The notes beneath the pieces are model-generated. The model was not told the DNA's origin and ran no database searches. It worked only from the letters and a program-made list of their open reading frames with translations. This document shows, piece by piece, positions 1-9,850 of a DNA stretch of 64,000 nt; position 1 is the first letter of the stretch, and every line of letters begins with the position of its first letter. The stretch covers positions 52,204,001 through 52,268,000 of the forward strand of contig OZ365110.1 of NCBI GenBank assembly GCA_977030845.1. Reading direction: 5' to 3'. A program made the translations under genes and the position numbers. This stretch comes from Fimbriosthenelais zetlandica. Lineage: Eukaryota.

Positions 1-297
1 TTTATTACTAGATGGCAAATCACGAGGCCATATCTCCGTATTTTGCCGAAATCCCATGGGTTTTCATGAACTGCATGATGAGCTACCAAAATTTGTTTCA
101 AGCATGGTCATGCAGTCTTCACAACATTCTGAAATAAGAATTTTAGCTATTTTCTCTCCCGCAAAAAACGAAAAAAGCCCTTTCCCAATGACTAATATAT
201 TAATGCAGTCCCCACCAAAAAATTGTAACACATATATTTTGTTATTTCGTGTTTAGTAATAAAAAGGAGAAAGATCACGTCACGACATTTGTCATTT

Positions 298-715
298 TAA
301 TAATAATAATAATAATAGATTTATTTTGTATAGCGGAAAAGCTAAAATGTATCTAGTCTCTTGTTATTAGGCAAAAGGTCACTATAGTGCTGGGTGAAGA
401 GGTGTGTTTTCAGTTCGGATTTAAAGATATTTAATTTATTATCTGGTGTGTAGGGAAGTCCTGCGTAGGTCTGCCCATAGGATCCGATTGGGAACTGTCG
501 GTACATTTTCTCGCCCACAGATCGATCTGGTGCGTGGAGGCCTGAATAAGGTGGTGATTATTCCACCTGAAGTGGCCGGTAGGTGGCAGGAGGGGAGTTT
601 TATTGACCAGCCTGTCATCGGCAGGGCGCCCTGATTGACGCCCGGTCTGTATGGCCTGGGTGAGAGACTGGATGCCATGATGGTCCAAGGGAATTAGATC
701 GTTTGGCACTGAGCA
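298..715 (-). mobile_element. 5'-truncated, frameshifted L2/CR1-group LINE 3' end (ORF2 C-terminus plus TAT-repeat tail)
   Basis: Minus-strand frames give SWHPVSH, LFRPPRTRSICG...LWADLRRTSLHT and LNIFKSELKTHLFTQHYS. These match the known L2-clade ORF2 ending (LHWLP...PRTR..G.R.F...LWN.LP...SL..FK..LKTHLF). The 3' end reads ttttccgctatacaaaataaatc(tat)n, with the repeat at 298-316, typical of L2 tails. Matched from memory; no database search. Confidence 0.7.
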
Positions 716-1666
716 CAAGGAAATGGAATATGGTCAGGGTTCAAGAAGATAGGGCATGGAGGGGAAGGAGGGGGAAAGGAGACATTAGAGGAAGGGATGA
801 GGAGGGGGAAGGCGTATTAGAACATGGATGGAATGGAATGGGGATACTATAGAGGTTGGGGGAATGATTTAGGGTTGAGACCGAGTATAATAGGGACATA
901 GTGGAAAATTCCAAGTGAATATAAGCTGAGGAAGAGGGATTAAATACCGGATAAGATTATTTTAAGGGAATAGAGAATAAGGTGGTAAAATACACACTAT
1001 GACAATAACACGGTAGTCCTAAATATTGTATATGCCCGAGCCTGATATTACAGCCTACTATCTGCTATCCCTACATTCTATGTACATCCACCATCTTCCC
1101 ATCTCTTAGTCATATAAATAGCCGATCCACTTAATTCATTTTTCATGGCGGCAGCAGCTAAAAGCCTGCAGTAAAAGCATCCACTTACGGAACCTTGTAC
1201 AGGTCGGCCGTGTTATGACTGATCAAAGTCAAATGAGGAAGGATCTGTCTTGGGGTAAGATGGCTGGTCAGAAAACCATAAGATGTGGTTACCGCAAGGA
1301 AGGTTCAGTTAGAAGGAGAGGGGGGGAGGGGTATTTTTACTAGAAACAGTCCATTGCATGGCTTTACCTTAGCCAAGTTATCCCGGAGGATGTGGAGAGA
1401 TGGGGGATGAGAGGTGCTAAGACTGCTATCATCCCAGAAGGTACACATTGATCCCTGACCCACAAAGTCTCAGAGATTCATCCCCGCGGGTCTACAAGAC
1501 ATGTATGCATAAGGTCTTGATTAATAATAGATTATGACTGTATACATATCCCTGTAGAATAGCTTTTTTGGTGGACAAATCAAACCACCATTGACCAATG
1601 ATCCCAGGGTTGGCTGTTCAATCCCCCGAGCTGTCCAAGGCATTTCCAATGCCTCCCTCCTCACTG

Positions 1667-1840
1667 TTGTACATATGTTCTAGAGCACATGCACCTAGAA
1701 ATATCCATTGCACAGAAGGCAATGTAGTAATGCACATAGAAAGAGCCCCCAGCTGAAAATCATACGAAAAAATTGAATTATCAAGAGTGTGAGCTGGCTT
1801 CACCAATAATATGGCTCTATAAAAATTCTAACTAAAAAAA
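1667..1840. repeat. Dispersed repeat, copy 1 (unclassified, ~170 bp, ends in aaaaattctaact plus A-run)
   Basis: Aligns by eye with 12424-12602 in the same orientation (ttgtacatatgttctagag...gctctataaaaattctaact), with scattered substitutions. Confidence 0.85.
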
Positions 1841-3817
1841 CACTTACATGTCCACACAGAGCATGAACAAAGTATTTAGTGAGGGTCCTTATGAGGTCCC
1901 TGTATCGATGTGTGTGGCAAACTGGCCAGGAAAATCGTTATAAATACTGGAGCATGAGATTAGTCTGCAGGCTTGTGTGTACGTATATATGCCTCTCAGC
2001 CATATAATTGATAAGAAGCACCGGCATGGACACCGGGTGCAAATGCCTGGCAGCTCCCAATTAATAAAGAAAATGCCTGGAGCCGCGGTAGGCAAACATT
2101 ACAAAGACAGCGGTCTGCCTTCTCCCACAGGAAGGACACGGTGAAAAACCGGGAGTGCGCGTGAGCATAATAATTCTCCTGCTTCAAAAGACACCTTTCT
2201 CTTGTGCTATTTTGTTGGGGGGGGGGGGGGGGGGTTGGAAGGATGATTATAAATCTGGCCGATTAGCACTTTGATCTTCGTATCATACCGAGCGATGTCA
2301 CAGTATTGTGATGCAATGATTATGTAAGATAAAGGGCTGGTGTTGTTTGGGTGAGATATGGCCTCGTTATATCGAGGTTCTAGGCCCATATGTGGTGCTC
2401 CGGTAATCATGTTCCTCACACAGCTGCCTCTGTTAGTGGCCATAGATTGTATTACATAGTTAATCAGTGGGCACAGTAGGTGTCCCCGTGCCATACTTCT
2501 TATTAATCACCTTGCTTGTCCCGTGTAATCCCCATTCCTATGTTTCTGTCTCATAATCTCTCACTCCCTCCTACTCTTTAATTTCTTTTCGCCGATTTTT
2601 AGTATTAAAAATTCTCCACTAGCCCCTTATCGATTATTCCCTACAATCCTTCTTTTCTCGATCGTCATGTCCTATCTTTTAATTTCCCTTTGTCTCCTCT
2701 CCTTTCCTCGAATAGCTCATTTGTCTTTCATAATCTTCCAAATTTTCTATTTCTTCCAGGTTTGTCCAGGTTACATTACTATTCCATCTTCACTTCCCTT
2801 CCCTATTTTCCCTTCCCCCTGCTCTCCACTGCTATTCCATATCCGAATATCAGGTCCTTTTCTCTGTTTATATCCTAAGCTATCACAAAACAAAAACACA
2901 AATTAATCCAGCTATAAAGGTATACATAAATAGCCCAAAATAACCCTTATCTACCGATATAATTCTTAGTACTACATATGTAGAGAAATAAGGGATGACC
3001 TAGATAGGTTGTACATACATTATCTATCGGATACAAGACACATACATGTGTGAATTCATTAGATAAATCTCCCCTTGAGTGCGACTCAACAGATGTTGAA
3101 AAGAAAGCACTGACACCTACCCTGGATATTAAACCATGGGGAGACGACAAGAGGATATGGAGGAGGGAGGAGAGGCACGGGAGGGACCTGTGCTTCCCAC
3201 TGCAGCACCCCCAGGGTCCCTCCAGGCGAAATCTCCATGAAATATTGATGATTGAAAAACGTAATGAATCTCCCCGAGTGTCCCTCCGTGTAGAACTGAG
3301 CTCCGTGAGAATAGGAGAGAAAATAGGAGAGAGAGATGCACGAGGAAGTTGTCACTGTGAGTAGTTGTGGACCAGACTTGTACATTATTAATGGTCTCAT
3401 AAAGTCCGGACAGGAACAACAGTTTGCCATTCCTGTACAATAATTGTTAACAGATAGTTAAAATAATGTGACCATTTGAAAAAGGTTCCCAATATAAAGT
3501 TTTTGTTTTATATAGGCTTTGCATCATGCTGAATTAACAAGTGTCAGTAACCATCTCTTATAATAATAAGCATTAATCGAGTTTTCAAAAAATAACATTC
3601 ATTGATCCGAATTAATAAACCTTTGATGAATTCATATAGTATCATTTCCCTAAGTCACAACTTTTTCCTATTATTTATTTTAAACACACAAATCTTTCTA
3701 AAGTGAAATTCTAAATAATGACCTGCTACTCAAGTTAAAGTTGACCTCTTTTGAAGTAGGACAGATTTTAAGTTGGGAATGTGTGAGCTCTTTTATCTCG
3801 ACTCTCCTGGTTTCCAG

Positions 3818-3917
3818 ATCCTTCATACCCACAATCACATGTATAACTTCATGTCAGCATGCATCCTGCTGGGCACATCTGTCATGTTGCTCTACTGGGA
3901 ACCACTTGTGGATCGTG
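3818..3917 (+). CDS. Candidate exon (phase 0->1) ILHTHNHMYNFMSACILLGTSVMLLYWEPLVDR
   Basis: Acceptor ctcctggtttccag and donor G|gtacat (weak); open frame with a hydrophobic stretch. No homology recognised. Confidence 0.2.
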
Positions 3918-5196
3918 GTACATGTTATTTTTTAATGTTTGGGTATACATGTACTCCGGTATGTAAACTCAAAATGTCAAATACCATATGTTTGAATATG
4001 AACAGATTTGAACATTTTATACAGATTCATACCTATATTCATACCTACATAAATACAGGAAATCAATATCGAGCTGAGAAATATACCTGTATACCTGAAT
4101 TATTAAGGTATATGCTTGGCAGGAGTTGGAAAAAATAGTTGTAATAGTAGAGAATGGGTTGGTGTTGTGTTTGGTGTGTGAGTGAAAGTGTGAAGTGTTG
4201 AAACGAGAGATGTGACTGGGATAGAGACCAGTAGCCCCCAGCTAATTGTCCCCAACAAACACAAGTTACTACCACAACACGTTGACAGAGGCCTGGCAAT
4301 GGACGAATGTATAAAGGATGGGCGACTAAAGTGCATGGGTAAAGTACATATGTTTTGCTCCTAAAAATCCTAGAATCCTCTATATTTTTATCAATTTTTC
4401 TGGCAGTTATTTTTCAAGTAAATTGTTTACTTAATCATGAAAATGAATCAGAAATTCCGCACTGTGGGATACAACCCTGCTCACAGACTTGGTATAAATA
4501 AATCAAGCTGAGAGGGAGAATGATCCAACCCCCACTTGGCCTAGCTATAAGTTGAAACTAGAGAAGCCCTTAAGGGGTTAAATCTCAAGTCCAAATAACC
4601 CCTAGTTGCTAACACGAGCTCTGACTGAAATGTAGTGAGCATTGTTTACTGCACATAAGGGAACAGCTAGGTTAGTAAATACATAAAATATATCCCACAA
4701 TGTTGGCAAGATGTCACTATAGGATACATACAAATGTGAAAACCAGCCAACACTATTTGTGTTCCTATACTCCAAAACATTTGCAAATTGAAGTGAAAAT
4801 ATATATTATGGTCATACATGTTTTTTAACATTTCACTCCAGGGGAACTCTAATAAAAACGGAAAAAACTTGCTATATTATATCGGTTTGTACACACGAGC
4901 ACAGAACTGCAGGCTTGTTGGCTATAATCATATATGTCTGGGTCTAGCAGACAACAAAATGAATTGTAATATGACACACCCCTATATGATGTAGAACAAA
5001 TTACTACATGATAAATATAAATCATTGTGTAAAATATATAATTGTAGCCAAATATTATTGCCAATGTCAGTCCATGTTCCATAATAAGACTTGGTGTATC
5101 GAAACATTCAGAGCTTTAACAAAACCAAAATTATTTGAAACATATAGTTCTATTATCTTAAGTGGAAAACCATTAAATGTATACCTTTTTCTATAG

Positions 5197-5313
5197 GAGA
5201 AGTCACTCTCTGTAGCTTCATTTCTCTTATCCACGTTTTGATTCTTGTTAATATTATTGAATTTGTCCCCGGGAAGAGAGCTTCAAGAAGTAAAAGAGAA
5301 GTCCAATTTGGAG
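5197..5313 (+). CDS. Candidate symmetric exon (phase 1->1) GEVTLCSFISLIHVLILVNIIEFVPGKRASRSKREVQFG
   Basis: Acceptor cctttttctatag and donor GAG|gtaaaa; 117 bp (multiple of 3). Hydrophobic run followed by GKR and RSKR basic motifs. Confidence 0.3.
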
Positions 5314-5423
5314 GTAAAAAGTCTATTCCTAATTCCAGATGAGTTGTGGAGGAGTGACCTGCACGCCCACCAACCACCGCCTCTCCTCCTCTCCCAAACC
5401 CAAGGTCCTCTAAAACTCAGTCA

Positions 5424-5477
5424 AGGTCAGGAGACAGGTCAAAGGTCAAGATGCCCGTATGTCGTTGTCATGGCAAC
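5424..5477. promoter_or_regulatory. Motif cluster: three AGGTCA half-sites including a perfect DR1, plus an RFX X-box
   Basis: AGGTCA at 5424, AGGTCAaAGGTCA at 5436-5448 and GTTGTCATGGCAAC at 5464-5477. Motif presence is direct; function is inferred. Confidence 0.35.
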
Positions 5478-5546
5478 CGGTAATGGAGCCGAGTGGTGGA
5501 CACCTCAGGCCATTCTTTACTCTCTGTCAATGATGGTCTGTTTGGC

Positions 5547-5651
5547 GGAGGAGGAGAGATGGGAGGGGGGAGTGGGAGGGGGAGATGGGAGGGGAGATGG
5601 GAGGGGAGAGTGGGAGGGGAGGGTGGGAGGGGAGAGTGGGAGGGGGAGATG
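5547..5651 (+). repeat. G-rich tandem repeat, unit ~GGGAGGGGAGA(G)T
   Basis: About 7 degenerate 13-14 bp units are visible directly. Confidence 0.9.
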
Positions 5652-6589
5652 ATAAATTTGATATGGGTTGGAAGATGGGGATAAGTGCAATGGATAAAAA
5701 TGACAGATCTATTTTTCTGCCTGCGACAGCATTTCTGACAAGTGGAGATTGTAAAGAGCCATAGATTTGTATCAGTCTATAATGTTCATGGTCCTTCAGC
5801 CAGACTTTTCATGGGTAGGATAACCTACAGCTTTAATGCTAATACCATTTATAGTACCTTATATATAGACCAGCCATAAGTCTATGATGTACTACATGTG
5901 AAGTTAACTAATACCCTTTATATGGCGGTATAGGAGTCATAAGCTCATGATATATGCGTATAAGAGTAGCTCAGGGTCAGGCCCATGGTTAACCTGCTCA
6001 CTGAGCCTGACTGAATTCTCATTTCCTTCCCTGCCGGGACACAATGCCATATTATCTGCTGGCTGGAATAGTGTGGAAATCCTCTCCTTCGTCAGCTGGA
6101 CCTGTCACAGTCTAGCTGGCTGGATGTGAGAGGATGGGGGGTGGGGGGGGGGGGGGTGCTTTATTATGAGGGGGTACTCTTAATAGTACTGTAAAGCAGA
6201 GAGGTAGTCTCATCGAATGAATGGGATGCCATGGGAGGAGGCTGGACTGGGAGGAAAATACACAACATTCTCCAGATGAAAAACACCAAGTACACATCTG
6301 TAATTGACATTTAATTTTTGCCCTCATGGGTTATTGTGGAATGCTCTATGCCCATGATTCCCAAATGCCCCAGTATCAGTTTTTTTGAAGCTCTCGCCCT
6401 TCTATTTCAGGGTTTACATGTAGGATTTTCCAACCTTTTTAGTGGGAAAGCCTCATGTATATTATAAGGCCATGACATTTAGCAGAGGAAACCTATTGTA
6501 CTGCGCTGACAGGTTTAACAGTCATTCAGCCCAGCTAGCTGACTGGTGACAATGTTAAACACAAACCCTTCACTTTCCTATCCCAGGGG

Positions 6590-6672
6590 TGTAACAATGC
6601 TAGACCAATAATAACGCACCAGTGCAGTGTGACCCCGCCCCCCACACCCCGCAGACATGTAACAATGCTAGA
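6590..6672. repeat. 15-bp perfect direct repeat (TGTAACAATGCTAGA) flanking a 53-bp insert
   Basis: Copies at 6590-6604 and 6658-6672. Confidence 0.85.
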
Positions 6673-7234
6673 GGTACCATATACCCTTCCGACGGCGGGC
6701 AAACATTGATCCAACTGTCAAAAGAGGAGCTCTGCCAATGAAAATGGTGGCAGGGGAACCGGAATATCCAATTGAGTTGGGTCCGGAAGGAACCTCTGGG
6801 CGCAAACAGAGGGCTTTTAAAGCAGGACAGATTGACTGAAATAATACTGTATTCAACTGCTTTATATCATTTTGTGAGCAGAGTTTTATACTACCTCAGC
6901 ATTATACCGTATATTTATGGATTTTGCAATGAATTGTTTAAATAAAATTCAGTATTTTCATCTAAATTTATACCTATTCTACCGTATTCTACTTCTATAC
7001 CTCTATAATACGTGGGGCATAGAGGTAATTAGCGCAGTATATATTTACTGCAACTGCACTTGCTTTGGAGAAGTGCTATATAGTAGATAATTATTTATGG
7101 TAAATATCCTGAATGCACTAACTAATTGAAGTGTTTAAAAGCTTAAAGAGAAGATGCAGATTAGGTGAATCGAACATGGATGTGAACCAACGGAACACAA
7201 ATTATTTCCCAATGTGGACTTTTTATTACCTTAG

Positions 7235-7365
7235 GAATAAACGGGGACTTTTTGGAAGAGAATCCAGATTTTCTTCCACTATTGATTGCTAATGGAATTC
7301 ACGGAGCAATGAGTGTGTCACTCAGCAGCAGCCTTGATTATGTCCCATGGATTGCAAAATCCTAA
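7235..7365 (+). CDS. Candidate terminal exon (phase 1) GINGDFLEENPDFLPLLIANGIHGAMSVSLSSSLDYVPWIAKS*
   Basis: Acceptor ctttttattaccttag; open to TAA; phase-compatible with 5197-5313. No homology recognised. Confidence 0.2.
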
Positions 7366-8117
7366 GACAGATTGATTTTCTATTGAATATAATGTGGGAA
7401 GCATTCAATTGTTCTCTGTCAGACATTCAAATGAATGCAAAAAGAGTTCAAATAGAAGCTGGGAGCATCCATTTTAGTACTTTGCACATGTATAGCAAAG
7501 TGGGTCACCGATGATCGAAATTTCTCATATTTCTGGGGTTAAAATCTCAGATAGAAACGTTATGTGTAGCTCAATGCACCCCTGATTTCAACGGATCAAC
7601 AGATCTGCAGTACAAAATGGAACCCTTTGAATTGGTTATCTGCATTCAACTTATTCTGAAATCGAGTTTGAAGGGTCCACCTTCCATCCTCTTCATCTCT
7701 AACTGGACCCCCGCCAGATGCCATAGGAGCTACAGCTCAGTAATGTATATGGCTAACTAAAAATCAATGTCAAAGGGGCCTGCTTTCATCATGTAGACCT
7801 CTAGCCAAGAATCTCTCTAGTGAAACTCAAAAACAGCCTGTCAAGCTGGTGATTCCCTGTTGATGTTGCCCCCAAATCTATTTATAAAAGTCCATATTTT
7901 AACCAGGAGGTACATAGAAGTTCCTATACTCATAGGACTGGGATCCACTGAAGCCGTTTTAACTGGAAATAGCAATCGATTCCCGAGCAATTGAATTCTG
8001 GAATTACTTCAGGATTAGCACCCTATATTATGAATGGAATTAGTTTCAATTTTAGGTGACTGGGGAACATGAGGATCAGAAAATAGACTGATGGGAGGAA
8101 CTGCTGTATGTGCCTAA

Positions 8118-8318
8118 AGCCTGGTCTCCACTGCTGCGATTTTACTTGCGACACTACTGCGACAAAGATGATGCTTTTATGGAATACATTTATAAATTGT
8201 GGTACAAGTGTCCAAGGCTTTAAGGCCGTCCTCCACTGGTAAATTTATCATTGAAACAAAAGCATCACCTTTGTCGCAGTTGTGTCGCAAGCAAAATCGC
8301 AGCAGTGGAGACGTGGCT
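8118..8318. mobile_element. MITE family 1 (PIF/Harbinger/Tourist-like), copy 1, more diverged
   Basis: About 60-bp terminal inverted repeats (AGCC..GTCTCCACTGCTGCGATTTT...AAAATCGCAGCAGTGGAGAC..GGCT) flanked by TAA/TAG. Homologous to 43234-43443 and 59180-59390. No coding capacity. Confidence 0.85.
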
Positions 8319-8689
8319 TAGGGCTTAAGTGGGAGGTGAAGGCTATAAGCCACTCAGTAGGTGTGTGATGTATGATGTAACTGTATTATCTGGACATAAA
8401 TGATAACTTTCTGTAGTGATTATAGGGAGGCTAATATATCATCTAGACTGAGGCTTGTCTTCACCCACCAACACAGGCTCTCCTATATATAAAGGTATGC
8501 ATAAAATATAAATTGTCCACGGAGCTGGTAGACTGGATGGTGTCCTCCTGGTGGTTATATCCCCGGTATAATAAATTGCGGGGGTGTATGATTTGCTGGT
8601 ATATATAGGCAACATGATAAACATGTTTTGTAGCCTACCATTGTTATGAAAGGTCATACAATATTGACAAAAAAGATATATATTTCTTA

Positions 8690-8800
8690 GCGAGGAGTAA
8701 CACCAAAACTGGACAAGGAGGGTTTTTTGTGAGGATTGGGGCTTTTTATTGTTACCAACGTTTCGGACTTGGTTTGTCCTTCTTCAGGGTATCTATATAA
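8690..8800 (-). mobile_element. Penelope-like element terminal-repeat remnant
   Basis: Minus strand reads ccCTGAAGAagg...ccGAAACGTTggtaacAATAAA, the signature of Penelope-like termini. No RT or GIY-YIG ORF is attached. Confidence 0.55.
8753..8791 (-). ncRNA. Minimal type I hammerhead ribozyme (Penelope type)
   Basis: Minus strand: UACC-CUGAAGA-A-GGAC-AAACCAA-GUCC-GAA-ACGU-U-GGUA. All core nucleotides are present. Stem I UACC/GGUA, stem II GGAC/GUCC, palindromic ACGU in place of stem III, predicted cleavage after GUU. Confidence 0.7.
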
Positions 8801-8813
8801 GATATATATTTGT

Positions 8814-9084
8814 CTGGGCTAATTCTAACCACAAATTTCTTTTAGCAAAAAGTGCTAAAGACACTAAATTTCTTTTAGCAATTTGCAGTTGGCGTTAGCA
8901 GATGTTAATTTGAAGTAAACATTGCTAGTTGGGGTTTTCCTTCAACTCTGATATTTGTGTGCTTTTGCGGTGGTTAGGTGTGATTTTCATTTCGCAAAAT
9001 TAGCGAATAACAGTCATTTTCTATGAGCAAAGTAGCATTTTTATTAGCAAATTGCGACAGTGCGATCGGGTAGAGCGAGCCCAG
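8814..9084 (+). mobile_element. MITE-like family 2, copy A (271 bp)
   Basis: Termini CTGGGCT...AGCCCAG, flanked by direct repeat ATTTGT (8808-8813 and 9085-9090). Reverse-complement homologue at 15339-15539. Confidence 0.8.
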
Positions 9085-9253
9085 ATTTGTACATCGGCAT
9101 AAGGGAAAATGCCTTCAGTGCGTGTAGCATGTTTCCACACACATGTACATGTATAGAACAAATCATAATCTAGTTTCTCATGGCGAATACCAACTTACAA
9201 TGCATTATATTGTTGATGAATGGATATATTTCTTCTGGTCAGAGGTCTAGTCA

Positions 9254-9850
9254 TTGACTAATGGATATAAAGGGCTGATGGATGTATTTGGTCCAGGCTT
9301 GACGTACCTCCCTCATGAGGAATCATCACTAGAGTCATGCCTCACGGGAGGCCATCTCTTCTCCATCCATCTCCTCTTTGCTAACAATTCGCATAGTTCC
9401 GCCGCGTATACCATATTAGAACCGACAAAAAAGATCGTGTTTCTGAGAAACTGGTTATTTGAGATCGCCAAGAAGAAAATGTGGCGATTCTTCAACTATA
9501 AAGAATGGAATATTAGTCAACAAGAGAACTGCTGCACTCTTGAAGCAGATTTAAGGATAATACACCTTATCCGAATTTGCCTTTTGGTTCAAATATGAGG
9601 ATATATCCTTTGGCCTAATGTTGCTAAGGAACAATGCTTATTAGGATTATGTGTCTCAGACGTATATCAGATATCGGTATGGGAGAAAGGGAAGGCGAAG
9701 ACAATCCATCAAGGTATACAAGATATCTTTCAACTGACATCTTTTAGTAATGTAATAATGGATCGGATCATGAGGGTTTCCAAGTACTTAGTCATAAATA
9801 TGTAATCTAAGTGGGCCCTATACAGAACATCAGATAAAATCATGTGCAAT
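9254..9850 (+). mobile_element. Decayed long reading frame, possibly L1/Tx1-type ORF2 C-terminal (zinc-knuckle) region
   Basis: One frame stays open for about 180 codons with a single TGA (9596-9598). LRNWLFEI...FNYKEWNISQQENCC...IIHLIRICLLVQI...EQCLLGL loosely follows the L1/Tx1 pattern LR.F.FKI...C.FC...TI.HLF..C..VQ.FW...ILG. Judged by eye only. Confidence 0.4.

Noticed and set aside
431-718. 95-aa minus-strand ORF with a strong acceptor, resembling a terminal exon
   Set aside because: Better explained as alternative frames of the decayed L2 LINE end, given the LKTHLF motif and TAT tail.
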